DNA from: Promethearchaeum syntrophicum
Lineage (GTDB): Archaea; Asgardarchaeota; Lokiarchaeia; Sigyniarchaeales; Promethearchaeaceae
Length of the DNA: 32,000 bases
NCBI RefSeq assembly: GCF_008000775.2
Contig: NZ_CP042905.2
Coordinates: 300,001 to 332,000 of the forward strand
Direction: 5' to 3'
Shown here in pieces: positions 17,384 through 26,992 of this stretch. Every line of letters starts with the position of its first letter. The first letter of the stretch is position 1. A program made the position numbers and the translations under genes. The notes under the pieces are model-generated. The model was given only the letters and a program-made list of their open reading frames with translations. It was not told the origin of the DNA and ran no database searches.

Positions 17384-18187
17384 TTATAATAATTTACGTA
17401 ATTCAGAAAAAGAATTTAATTTTAGAAAGGGGATAATTTTTGATTCATAATTCTTTTGAAATTTCGCTTGGCCTTTTCCAGTTTTCACTAAAATGCCTTT
17501 AACGCCTGCATTTTGTGCACCTTGAATATCAGACTCTACATCATCTCCAATTATTATTGCGTCATTTGCATTTATACCAATTTTTTCTAATGCTAATTTA
17601 AAATAATCCGCATTTGGTTTACCAAGAATTAAAGGTTTAACATTAGCAGCATCTGCTACCATTTTTACCAGTGATCCAGTATCAATTTTAGGATTTCCCT
17701 CTTGATCTAAATAATATCTATTTCCTTGAGATCCAATTAATTTTGCTCCTTTTAAAACATATTTAAAGGCTGTATTTAAACGTTCAATTCTCCAATCATC
17801 TGAAAAATCACTAATGACAACGAAATCTGGTATATTATCATCGGTAACCTGAGAAAACGTTTGAAATTCGGATAGAACTCGATCTGTCATTAAGAAATAT
17901 GATTTTTTATCCGGGAATTGTGAAATATATTCTTTGATTGCAATTATGGGAGTAAAAATATCATGAGATTTCACTGAAAAACCAAAATCTAATAATTTTT
18001 CTAGTATATCTTTGGGGGTTTTACTATCCGTATTAGTCAGAAAAACTACTTTGTATCCTTTATCTTGTAGAAATGATACGGTTTCTATTGCATTTGGAAT
18101 AACCCTCCCTCGAAAATATAATGTCCCATCAATATCGCATAATATTCCGCGAACGAATCCAAGTTTTTTATTCATATTTAATTCCAT
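17384..18187 (-). CDS. HAD-superfamily subfamily IIA phosphatase (NagD/LHPP-like)
   Basis: ILCDIDGTLY is motif I (DxDGT), VFLTNTDS is motif II, GKPNADYF is the motif III Lys, and IIIGDDVESDIQGAQNAG is motif IV. The size and cap region are typical of IIA. Confidence 0.9.
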   Translation of the reverse strand: MELNMNKKLGFVRGILCDIDGTLYFRGRVIPNAIETVSFLQDKGYKVVFLTNTDSKTPKDILEKLLDFGFSVKSHDIFTPIIAIKEYISQFPDKKSYFLMTDRVLSEFQTFSQVTDDNIPDFVVISDFSDDWRIERLNTAFKYVLKGAKLIGSQGNRYYLDQEGNPKIDTGSLVKMVADAANVKPLILGKPNADYFKLALEKIGINANDAIIIGDDVESDIQGAQNAGVKGILVKTGKGQAKFQKNYESKIIPFLKLNSFSELRKLL

Positions 18188-18221
18188 TAATTTAAATAGT
18201 TTTATAATTCATTTCATAAAT

Positions 18222-20288
18222 GTGGATTTAAACAAAAACCATACTTTAATTCCTCGTTTTGGAACTTGTACAAAGGATTGTTATGGCTCATGTGTCTTTA
18301 CGGGTTATTGGGATGATTCAGCACCTATCCAAAAACTTGTAAAGGCAAATCCTAATAAAAAACATCCATTTACTCAAGGTATATTTTGTCCTAAATTCAC
18401 AGATCGGCAAACAATTCTTTATCATGAAGAACGAATCAAACACCCTCTCTATCGGTTAGGAAAAAAAGGTTTAAACCAATTTCAAAATATTTCCTTTTCG
18501 AAAGCATGGGAAACGTTATTATACAAAATCAATGAAGTGCTAAACGAACATGGACCTAGAAGTATTATGTTTGCTTCTTACTGTGGAAATACAGGTTTAA
18601 TATCAGGATATTATCCTTTACGTTTTTTTTACAATTTAGGTTCTTTTGTATCAAAAGGCGGGATATGTAATGAAGGAGGTCTAGCGGGATTAGCACAAAT
18701 GTTTGGTACCTATTCAATGACTAATCCATTTCAGATAAATAACTCTGAAACACATCTAATTGTTGTATGGGCATCTGATTTGAGTGAAAACAATAATCAT
18801 TTGTATAATTTAGTAAGAAAAGCCCAAAAAAAAGGGACTAAACTTGTAGTGGTGGATTCTAAAATTACAAAAATTTCGCAACAAGCAGATTTGCATATAC
18901 GACCAGCGCAGAATTCAGATGTTGTTTTATCATCATTAATTTTACAGAAGTTAGTCAAATCAGAAAAAATTAATTATTCTTTTCTTAAAAAGCATGTAAA
19001 GGATTATGAACATATTATTGACGAATCTTTACAAACAGATGAAGAAGAGAAACATAAAATCGTTAGAGTAAATATCAATAACTTAACGTATCTCATAGAA
19101 CTTTTAATTGAACATAAGAATCATACAATTTTTACTGTTGGTTATGGTATTCAAAAAGATTTTTTTGGTGGTAAAATCGTTCAATCAATTGCGTTACTTC
19201 AAATTTTCTTAGGTAATTTCGGTAGAGCAGGAACTGGTCTTTTATATTCTCAAAGTGATTATAATAAATCATTAATCACCAAAATTATTCAAGAAATTAG
19301 TCAAGATCGACTTTTCTCTAGTAAGAATGAATATGAAATAATTTCTTTATCAGAAGCTTTAGAAGATAAGAAGATCAAACTACTTATTATATCTAATTTT
19401 AATCCCGCAAATTCATTACCAAATCAAACGCGATTAAGAAAAAGTTTAATGCGAAAAGATTTATTTACAGTAGTGCTTGAAGTTTTTCAGACTGAGACCA
19501 CAAGCTTTGCGGATTTAGTTTTTCCGATGAAATTTGATGTCGAAACAAATGAAATTGTAGCAAGTTATTATATTCCTGGGCTGTCTATAAATCAATCTGG
19601 AAAATGTCCCTATCCTGATTGTTTATCTAATTTTGAATTCTTTACTAAATTAGGTTATGATTTAGGAAAGCAACGTAATTGGAAATTGACAAATTTAAAT
19701 CAATTCAAAGGAAATGATAGTGATTTATTAGATAAATGTTTGGATATCGCCGGAAATAAGATAAAAACTGAGGTTTTAGAAAATGGGTATAGTTTATTTT
19801 TCAAAGAAGATTCAGTTTTTTTTAAAAATTTAATCTTTCCAACACCTTCAACAAAAATTGAATTAACACGAAGTTCATTAAATCTCCCTAATCCACCTCT
19901 ACTGTTTAAATTCCCAGAAGATGACGATAGTGAAGAATTTACTTTGTTAACACCACACCATCCTAGATTTTTACATTCACAACTCGGGGTGTTAAATCGA
20001 AAATTCTATCCCGATTTTGAAAAAGTCTTTGTTGCTGATCACGATTTGAAAAAAATAAAATGCAAAATTGGAGATCAAGTCCTAGTATTTAATCAACTCG
20101 GGACAAGTGAGTTTATAATTGACACTCTTAATTCTCTTCAATCAGGAGTGGCATTAATTTATTCGGGGGGACCAATCAGATCTAATGATGCTAAAAACCC
20201 TAACTATTTCACACCTGATATTCCAGAAGAACTCGGTCATTCGGGAAGTTATAATTCTGCAAGAATAAGAATTAAAAAAATTAAATAG
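18222..20288 (+). CDS. molybdopterin (bis-MGD) oxidoreductase family protein, cytoplasmic, with an N-terminal 4Fe-4S domain
   Basis: GTCTKDCYGSCVF...HPFTQGIFCPKF matches the Cys4 Fe-S domain of MopB enzymes (YoaE-like CxxxCxxxC spacing). Other matches are YCGNTGLISG, LIVVWASD and KLVVVDSKIT. There is no twin-arginine leader. The track ORF begins at 18012, but that part is antisense to the HAD gene, so I place the start at the in-frame GTG at 18222. Confidence 0.8.
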   Translation: MDLNKNHTLIPRFGTCTKDCYGSCVFTGYWDDSAPIQKLVKANPNKKHPFTQGIFCPKFTDRQTILYHEERIKHPLYRLGKKGLNQFQNISFSKAWETLLYKINEVLNEHGPRSIMFASYCGNTGLISGYYPLRFFYNLGSFVSKGGICNEGGLAGLAQMFGTYSMTNPFQINNSETHLIVVWASDLSENNNHLYNLVRKAQKKGTKLVVVDSKITKISQQADLHIRPAQNSDVVLSSLILQKLVKSEKINYSFLKKHVKDYEHIIDESLQTDEEEKHKIVRVNINNLTYLIELLIEHKNHTIFTVGYGIQKDFFGGKIVQSIALLQIFLGNFGRAGTGLLYSQSDYNKSLITKIIQEISQDRLFSSKNEYEIISLSEALEDKKIKLLIISNFNPANSLPNQTRLRKSLMRKDLFTVVLEVFQTETTSFADLVFPMKFDVETNEIVASYYIPGLSINQSGKCPYPDCLSNFEFFTKLGYDLGKQRNWKLTNLNQFKGNDSDLLDKCLDIAGNKIKTEVLENGYSLFFKEDSVFFKNLIFPTPSTKIELTRSSLNLPNPPLLFKFPEDDDSEEFTLLTPHHPRFLHSQLGVLNRKFYPDFEKVFVADHDLKKIKCKIGDQVLVFNQLGTSEFIIDTLNSLQSGVALIYSGGPIRSNDAKNPNYFTPDIPEELGHSGSYNSARIRIKKIK

Positions 20289-20838
20289 ATCCTAAATAAT
20301 CGCGCCATTCTTTAATTTGCTTTGACAATCCTTCAAATAATATTAATTCTTCTGAGGTTAATGCCTTTTTAGATTGTATATTTTGAGTTTGAATTGCAAA
20401 CCGAATAATTTTTGCCAGCCTTACACGTATTAGATCATTTATGTCAGAATAAAGTTGTTTGAAATCCTTTTGTGGCTTTTTACCTTCTTCAGATTGTGTA
20501 TTTAACAATTTTAATTCTTGGTGTGCTTGAATATATACATGTTTATGATTTTTTGGAATATTTCCTAATTCCCTATTTGTTGATTCTCGAAAATTAATTT
20601 TCTGGATTGTTTTTGCAGTTATTTGGTTCCCATCATCAAAACGAATATAACCTTCCTTAATAAGAATCCGAGCTATGTAATTATCTAATGAATATGGGTG
20701 CCCAACTTTAAAGGGACCTATTTTTCGACCAAGATGCTGGAAATTTTTTAATTCTTTAATGCAAATTGTATCTATTTTTTGGTGAAAATATTCATTTTCT
20801 TCACGTAATAGTTTATTTCGAATTGAGTTTACCATCAC
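20281..20838 (-). CDS. GINS complex subunit, BA domain order (Gins23-like), tentative
   Basis: The N-terminal beta-rich part GPFKVGHPYSLDNYIARILIKEGYIRF fits the GINS B domain ('G.f..G....lp...A..Li..G.a'). It is followed by a helical part with DLIRVRLAKIIRFA and LTSEELILFEGLSKQIKEWR, typical of the GINS A domain. Confidence 0.5.
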   Translation of the reverse strand: MMVNSIRNKLLREENEYFHQKIDTICIKELKNFQHLGRKIGPFKVGHPYSLDNYIARILIKEGYIRFDDGNQITAKTIQKINFRESTNRELGNIPKNHKHVYIQAHQELKLLNTQSEEGKKPQKDFKQLYSDINDLIRVRLAKIIRFAIQTQNIQSKKALTSEELILFEGLSKQIKEWRDYLGSI

Positions 20839-20901
20839 ATTAAATAAATCGCCTTTTCTATTATAAACATCTTTATTTGTAAGTTGATATAAATAAATAT
20901 C

Positions 20902-23900
20902 ATGGGTATTATCTCTGAATTATTCAACTTATCTTTCAAATTAAATGGTTATACAATAGTATTAATGATAATTTATATTGGAACCATAGCCGCGGGATAT
21001 AATTTAATGGCTAAACAAGTTAAATTAGTTAAAAAGGAGATTTGGGATAATGCCGATAGGTTTAAAAGTTTTATTTGGGGATTCTATTTTGGAAACTCAG
21101 TAATTATCATCGTTACAATTATGATGACTTTCCTGATTACTGAAATTGAAAAAAATAAACTTGAAAATCCTTTATTTGAAACTGCACTAGGAACTATTTC
21201 ACCCTTTATTATTTTTCCATTATTGTTTTGTTTATTATTTATTTCCATTTATCCACTTGCTGATTTATTATACATGGCAAGTGGAGAGAATGCTATGACA
21301 CCACTTCAAAAACCCTACAAAAAAATAATTGATTTAGTTCCCAAACCTTATACATACATTATCGCGGTATTATTATATTTTGTTGCTATTTTGTTGCCTC
21401 CACTATTGTTAATTAGTTTATTACAAATTGAAGTAATGATTTCTTGGATTAGCTGGGCGTTAATATATCCAATAGTAATTTTAACTTATTATGGTGTTCT
21501 AGGATTTATGATAGTCTTAGGAATGACTATATCTAAAATTCCTTCAATGGAACGCTCAACATTTCTAGCATTTGACTCCAGTAAAAGAGCCAATAAAGAG
21601 TTTCTCCGTGATCCTTTAAACCGAATTTTATATGGGCTTCTAATTTTTGTTTATATTTTTCAATTTTATGCTTTTATCCGTAATATTGTAAGATTAGACC
21701 CCAATTTTTGGACCGAACCTTCACCTCACTGGTATGATGTTTTTAATTGGATGATTTATCTTTCTTTAGGCATTAGTATAACTGTATATTTTAGTCGCTT
21801 TTGGGGTAGAAAGATAAAATTCAAAACTATGGATATATTATTTGCTTCTTTTCTAATCGCAGCAGTAGGAATAAATGTTTTAACAACTTATACTGTATCT
21901 TTTTATTATCAATTTGAATCCATTTATACTCAATTTTCCCCCACCGCGGTTTATTATAATCTCCATGATATTAATTCAATTGGTTTTGAAGTTGGTAAGT
22001 ATAGTCTTTTCACCTTAGCTTCAAATATCGAAGAAACCGTTCTAATTATCGGAATTACTTATTTTTTATTCTTTGAAAAAAATCGGAAATACTGGAAAGA
22101 AATCCTATACGGACAAATCACACAATCTTTAGAAGTTTTCAATCCAGTTCCATCATTTAATATGTTATCTAAAGACGATATTAAATTAAGGGAACATTCT
22201 AAAAATGTTTTAAAAGAGATGTATGATCGTCTTCCGATCAGAAAAGGTTATGACCTAAACGATCCAGTATTCCGAGACTCTCTTTTTGATGCAATATGTC
22301 ATCCTTCAAATTTGATTGCACAAGAAACCAGTAAAGAAATTCTAGGAAATTTAATGGAAAACTACCCTAAAAAGACCTTGTTTATGCTTAAAGATGTTCT
22401 AAATTCTAAGAATTTTGATAAAGTAAAATCAGTTTTAGATGTAATTCTTAAACATGGTAATAAAATACTTCCTTTAATGGATTCCTATACATTCTTCATA
22501 TTACTAAATCACCCCGATTATAGGATAAGAAATATTTCAATTGAGATTTTAGATAAGCAATTCCATGAAAATATTTTAGATTCATACAGTATTTCTCCTA
22601 CAGAGGAGCAAATATCATTACTAATCGAACATTTGGAGAATCCAGATCATAATTTTCAAAGCAATGTTCTTCAGTTTCTAAGTAAACATCCAAATATGGT
22701 CCCTCAAGAAGTATTTTCCAGTCGACTGGATCATTCGATAACAAAAATTAGAAGTATAGCAGCAAAAGCATCTAGTACAACTAAATTTGATGATATAAAT
22801 CAAGCCACAATTCCAAAATTAATAGAAATGATGGATTCTGCAAACCCTGAAATAAAAATATCCGTTTTCTCCGCGTTAACAAAAATAGGTCATTTTAATG
22901 AGAATAAAATACCCATTGAACCATTTATATCCGGGTTATTAGATCAAAATAACGCAATCAGAAATGCCGCTGTAGAGGGAGTTTTAACTATTTTGAAGGA
23001 ACAGCCTTATTCGATTAAATCTAATTATATTCTATCTATAATAGACTCGCAAGATGTTGAAATTCAACAATCATTGCTTAAAATACTTGAGGCTTTATGG
23101 AAGCAATCATTTATTACAATTTTTCCAAAAATGATTAAATTTGTTCATTCAGAAAATTCTGATCTTCAGAAATTATCTCAAAAAATTCTGGTAAATATGG
23201 GGTTGCAAGATCCAAAATTACTTGTTTCTAAATTGGTTATAGAACCCGATACAGAAAGTTTTATTCAAAGGGGTAAAATTTCAGAAACAATTATTAAAAT
23301 TTCAAAATCGAATCCTAAACGAGTCATACCGATTATGATTGAAAATTTGACAAACGAAAAAGATTTTGTTCGATTAAATGTAGCTACAGTGTTATCAGAA
23401 CTCTCTTCAATTCACCCTGAAGAAATTCCTTTGGATATTCTTGTAAATCAATGGTCGAAAGAAGAAAAAATTAAAATCTCTAAAGAGTTAACAAATTGCA
23501 TTTCAAACATATCGAATAAGGAACCTTTGACATTCAAATTTCATATGAATCAAATTTTAGAAACCTTCTCAAAATCAAATTCAACATTAAGATTAATCAT
23601 AGCAAAATTATTTATCGATATTGCAGAGAAAAATAATGAATTACTTCCTTTCGATGTTATTCAACAACTAACCACTGATGAAGATTCATATATTCGTGAA
23701 ATCGGGATTAAAATTATTGGGTTTGTAGGAAGAATTTATCCAAAGAAATCAATAACTATCATTCAAAAAGGATTAAAAGATCCTGATTGGAATGTTAAAA
23801 ATGCTGCTACCGATGCATTTAATAAAATTGGTTCAGAAATCGAAAGTGAAGATTTGATATATGAAATTAAAAGTCTTTTAAAAGATGAAAATAAATGGAC

Positions 23901-24369
23901 TCGGCTCGCAGCTTTGGAAATGATAATAAATTATGCGGAAAAAAATCAATCTATTATAACATTGAATGAAACACTCAATTTAATTAATTTACCCGGAAGT
24001 GAAGAAATCTATCTTTATAATCTTGCAAAATTATTAGGAATAGTTGGTACTCAGGATTTTAAGCAATCTTTTCCAGAAATGATTAACTTAATGAAAAATC
24101 CATCTAAAAAAGTTAGAGAAGGTATGATCTCAGGAATGGTAAAATTATCAAATGTAATTGATAATAATTTACTAATTCCAAAATTATTATTTTATTTTAG
24201 TGATGAAACTGATATGAAATTACAACAAAGTGTCGCTCTTGTCTTTAAAAGGATAATGAAATATGAAACAGGAGAAATAAAACAGAGAGTTCTTTCAGTT
24301 TTATCTATTAGGGCTGGAGTTAGTCAAGATCCAATTCTTTTATCTGTGTTATCTGAGTTACAAGACTAA
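20902..24369 (+). CDS. polytopic membrane protein fused to a long HEAT/ARM-like repeat array (1155 aa)
   Basis: The first ~390 aa contain about 9-10 hydrophobic helices. The rest carries recurring ~31-40-aa helical repeats with HEAT signatures (DPDWNVKNAATDAFNKIG, DENKWTRLAALEMIINYA, DEDSYIREIGIKIIGFVG, DQNNAIRNAAVEGVLTIL, HPDYRIRNISIEILD). Confidence 0.8.
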   Translation: MGIISELFNLSFKLNGYTIVLMIIYIGTIAAGYNLMAKQVKLVKKEIWDNADRFKSFIWGFYFGNSVIIIVTIMMTFLITEIEKNKLENPLFETALGTISPFIIFPLLFCLLFISIYPLADLLYMASGENAMTPLQKPYKKIIDLVPKPYTYIIAVLLYFVAILLPPLLLISLLQIEVMISWISWALIYPIVILTYYGVLGFMIVLGMTISKIPSMERSTFLAFDSSKRANKEFLRDPLNRILYGLLIFVYIFQFYAFIRNIVRLDPNFWTEPSPHWYDVFNWMIYLSLGISITVYFSRFWGRKIKFKTMDILFASFLIAAVGINVLTTYTVSFYYQFESIYTQFSPTAVYYNLHDINSIGFEVGKYSLFTLASNIEETVLIIGITYFLFFEKNRKYWKEILYGQITQSLEVFNPVPSFNMLSKDDIKLREHSKNVLKEMYDRLPIRKGYDLNDPVFRDSLFDAICHPSNLIAQETSKEILGNLMENYPKKTLFMLKDVLNSKNFDKVKSVLDVILKHGNKILPLMDSYTFFILLNHPDYRIRNISIEILDKQFHENILDSYSISPTEEQISLLIEHLENPDHNFQSNVLQFLSKHPNMVPQEVFSSRLDHSITKIRSIAAKASSTTKFDDINQATIPKLIEMMDSANPEIKISVFSALTKIGHFNENKIPIEPFISGLLDQNNAIRNAAVEGVLTILKEQPYSIKSNYILSIIDSQDVEIQQSLLKILEALWKQSFITIFPKMIKFVHSENSDLQKLSQKILVNMGLQDPKLLVSKLVIEPDTESFIQRGKISETIIKISKSNPKRVIPIMIENLTNEKDFVRLNVATVLSELSSIHPEEIPLDILVNQWSKEEKIKISKELTNCISNISNKEPLTFKFHMNQILETFSKSNSTLRLIIAKLFIDIAEKNNELLPFDVIQQLTTDEDSYIREIGIKIIGFVGRIYPKKSITIIQKGLKDPDWNVKNAATDAFNKIGSEIESEDLIYEIKSLLKDENKWTRLAALEMIINYAEKNQSIITLNETLNLINLPGSEEIYLYNLAKLLGIVGTQDFKQSFPEMINLMKNPSKKVREGMISGMVKLSNVIDNNLLIPKLLFYFSDETDMKLQQSVALVFKRIMKYETGEIKQRVLSVLSIRAGVSQDPILLSVLSELQD

Positions 24370-24410
24370 AGTGGTTTTAACTAAAATTAAGATAGAATAA
24401 ATAAAAAAAA

Positions 24411-25961
24411 TTATTCAATTAATCCATTTTTTTTTAACTTAACTAATCCTTTCTGTATTGCCTCATCGTAATTAATTGAATTTTCAATCGTATATTCGAA
24501 ATTACTTCTCAATTTCATATCTCTATCAAGAATTTGTGTTATTTCTTGTTCAAAGTTTAAAAATGCAGAAGAGAGTGGAGTCCTAGTTAAAGTTTTTCCT
24601 GAAAATATAGAAGGAAATATAAATTCTATTCTTTCATCTTCATCCTCATCTTCAATTATTCCGATTCCAACTGGAATAAAAATTCGAATAGTAGGATTAT
24701 GAATATTGCTTTCATCATCATTAATTTCCCATTTTCGAATCTTTTTTTCGTCTTCATCACAATTCGTCAATTTATTTTCAATTATCTGATTGATTGAATT
24801 GTATAAATCTGAGATTTTTTTTTTATAATTTTGAATTTCATTGATTTTTTCTTCATGCTTTTTACTTATTTGGCGAATTTGTTCTTCTTGGTTGTTTTTT
24901 TGATCACTTAATTCTTGAGATTTGTGAGAAATCTTACTTTCTGCTGAAATATTTAAATTTTCAATGTTTTTTCTAATAACGTTCATTTTATTAGAGATTT
25001 CTTGTAAATATTGCTCAGATTTTTCAATTGAATCTCTTATATACGAAATATGTTGAAATCCTTGCATTACTACTTCTCCAACCATTTTAGTTTTTAGTGA
25101 ATCAATTTGTAGAAAATAATTATTTCTTTTACGCAAATCTTCAAAAATTAGATCGATCCCAACAAACATTTTTCCAACTTTGGTTATAATATCTTTTTGT
25201 TCCATTAACACCCATTGATCTACGTTATCTTTTTCCAGATTCATTTTATTACTTATAAAACTTTCATCGATATCAGTAACTCTATTTAATTCACTTTTAT
25301 ATAGGGCTTTTGCATCTTTTTCTTTCACAATATATTCTGTAATCCAACTATCAAATGGTTCTGTTATATTTGATTTCAAAGTATTCCATCGCATTTTGTT
25401 TCCTGTGACTTCATTTAAAGTTTTCATCCAATCTTGAGCAAAATTTATTGAATCATCAAAATTGAAAAGACTATCCAAGATTGAAAATTCTGTTGGTTTA
25501 AAATTCTCTGGATTTTTAATTATTTTAGTGAATCCTTCTAATAATTCAGGAGAGACTAAACCATTTATTTTTCTTGTTATAAATTCATCATCTAATTGTT
25601 GGGGTTCAGTTAATTGATCAACATTTAATCTTTTCTTAAAATTAATTACTTCTTTTGCCATTTCCATTTTTTCAATTATTCCCAAATTTTGATCTCTTAA
25701 AACATGTCCAACTTGTGCCGTTCTTGGAGCATTATTTATTTTTAAATTAAAATCAGATAACCCTACTTCATCAATCATAACATGATATGAAGGATTTCCT
25801 TGTATGAATATATATGGCCAAAATATTTCAGTGAATCTGGTTAATTTTTCGTTATTTTTTACGCGTCTTTTTATTTGAATAAAATTCGCTGCCAGACTCT
25901 CTTCAAAAGTTAAATTTTTATTTTTATCCCCGTTGATTGCAAAAGGTGTTCTTAGTGACAT
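24411..25961 (-). CDS. hypothetical coiled-coil protein (516 aa)
   Basis: Long ORF. The central ~150 aa are heptad-like and Lys/Glu/Gln/Asn-rich (SQELSDQKNNQEEQIRQISKKHEEKINEIQNYKKKISDLYNSINQIIENK). Globular N- and C-terminal parts flank this region. No NTP-binding motif seen. Confidence 0.65.
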   Translation of the reverse strand: MSLRTPFAINGDKNKNLTFEESLAANFIQIKRRVKNNEKLTRFTEIFWPYIFIQGNPSYHVMIDEVGLSDFNLKINNAPRTAQVGHVLRDQNLGIIEKMEMAKEVINFKKRLNVDQLTEPQQLDDEFITRKINGLVSPELLEGFTKIIKNPENFKPTEFSILDSLFNFDDSINFAQDWMKTLNEVTGNKMRWNTLKSNITEPFDSWITEYIVKEKDAKALYKSELNRVTDIDESFISNKMNLEKDNVDQWVLMEQKDIITKVGKMFVGIDLIFEDLRKRNNYFLQIDSLKTKMVGEVVMQGFQHISYIRDSIEKSEQYLQEISNKMNVIRKNIENLNISAESKISHKSQELSDQKNNQEEQIRQISKKHEEKINEIQNYKKKISDLYNSINQIIENKLTNCDEDEKKIRKWEINDDESNIHNPTIRIFIPVGIGIIEDEDEDERIEFIFPSIFSGKTLTRTPLSSAFLNFEQEITQILDRDMKLRSNFEYTIENSINYDEAIQKGLVKLKKNGLIE

Positions 25962-26046
25962 TATAAGCTCTTTCTTTTATTTTATAATAAATTCTGTTTA
26001 GAAAAACCTTAATAAATTTTGTAAAGAAAAAAGAAATATATTAGAC

Positions 26047-26988
26047 ATGGAAGAAAATTCTAAGATTTCCTTAGATAATGATATAAGTAAATTAATAAAA
26101 GATTTTAATAAAACGTTTGAAAAAAAAGAAACTGATATAATTATTGAAAAGAGGGCACGTATATGTTCAAATTTGGCAGTGTTATATTGGAAAAAGGAAA
26201 ATTTAGAAGATTCAAAGAAGTTTTTTTTAGAAGCTATTCAGGAATATGACAAATTAAAAGATGAATTTAAGCTTGCATCTACAAAAGGTGCATTAGGATC
26301 ATTATATATTCAAAAGGGGAAATTTGAATTAGCAAAAATTTATACTGAAGAAGCTTATGAATATTGGACAAATTCTATGCATTTAAATGAACGCTTAGCG
26401 TGTTTACAAAATCTAGCAATTATAAATCTACGATTAAATGAAGAAGTAAAAGCATCAGATTACGTTTTAGAAGCAATGAAAATGGCAATGCAATTACAAG
26501 ATGAAGATCTTTTTGCGCAATCAATACACATTCTGCTCAATTATTATGAAAATAAAAAAAGATACGATATGCTATTGGAATTAAAAATAAAAGCTTTAGA
26601 ATTTTGGACACAATTGAATCTTGAAGAAAGACAATTCAAAACTCTTATTGATTTAGGGGTTTTATCTCAAGTTTTAGAAGGATTTGATGATGCAATTAAA
26701 TATTTTAAAAAAGCTTTCAATATTGGATATAATTCGAGTAATATCGAAAAAATGTATTTAGCAGAAGGATTTTTAGCTGAATCATTTTTAAATAAAAAAG
26801 ATATTGAGAAAGCAAAATATACCTATTTGCAGGCTTTCAAATTAGCTGTTTTTTTGAATTTAGATGGAAAACATCAAAATGATGTAAATTTAATGCGAAT
26901 AGCGTTACTTTCTTTAGGCTTTACAACAGAAACTTTAATTAAAGAAGCAGAAGATGCATTAAAAGAAGCTAAAGAAGAAAAAAAGTGA
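26047..26988 (+). CDS. tetratricopeptide-repeat (TPR) protein
   Basis: Repeated 34-aa A/Y/L patterns, e.g. ARICSNLAVLYWKKENLEDSKKFFLEAIQEY, GALGSLYIQKGKFELAKIYTEEAYEYW and LIDLGVLSQVLEGFDDAIKYFKKAFNI. Confidence 0.8.
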   Translation: MEENSKISLDNDISKLIKDFNKTFEKKETDIIIEKRARICSNLAVLYWKKENLEDSKKFFLEAIQEYDKLKDEFKLASTKGALGSLYIQKGKFELAKIYTEEAYEYWTNSMHLNERLACLQNLAIINLRLNEEVKASDYVLEAMKMAMQLQDEDLFAQSIHILLNYYENKKRYDMLLELKIKALEFWTQLNLEERQFKTLIDLGVLSQVLEGFDDAIKYFKKAFNIGYNSSNIEKMYLAEGFLAESFLNKKDIEKAKYTYLQAFKLAVFLNLDGKHQNDVNLMRIALLSLGFTTETLIKEAEDALKEAKEEKK

Positions 26989-26992
26989 AATT

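Noticed and set aside
18012-18221. N-terminal 70 codons of the 758-aa track ORF.
   Set aside because: This part overlaps the well-supported HAD phosphatase gene on the opposite strand. The sequence has no similarity to molybdoenzymes. The conserved Fe-S domain starts just after the in-frame GTG at 18222.
18222-20288. Selenocysteine recoding in the molybdopterin oxidoreductase.
   Set aside because: The ORF is continuous with no in-frame TGA, so no recoding is needed.
24411-25961. Coiled-coil protein considered as an SMC/Rad50-type ATPase.
   Set aside because: No Walker A (GxxxxGK[ST]), Walker B or signature motif is visible in either terminal region.
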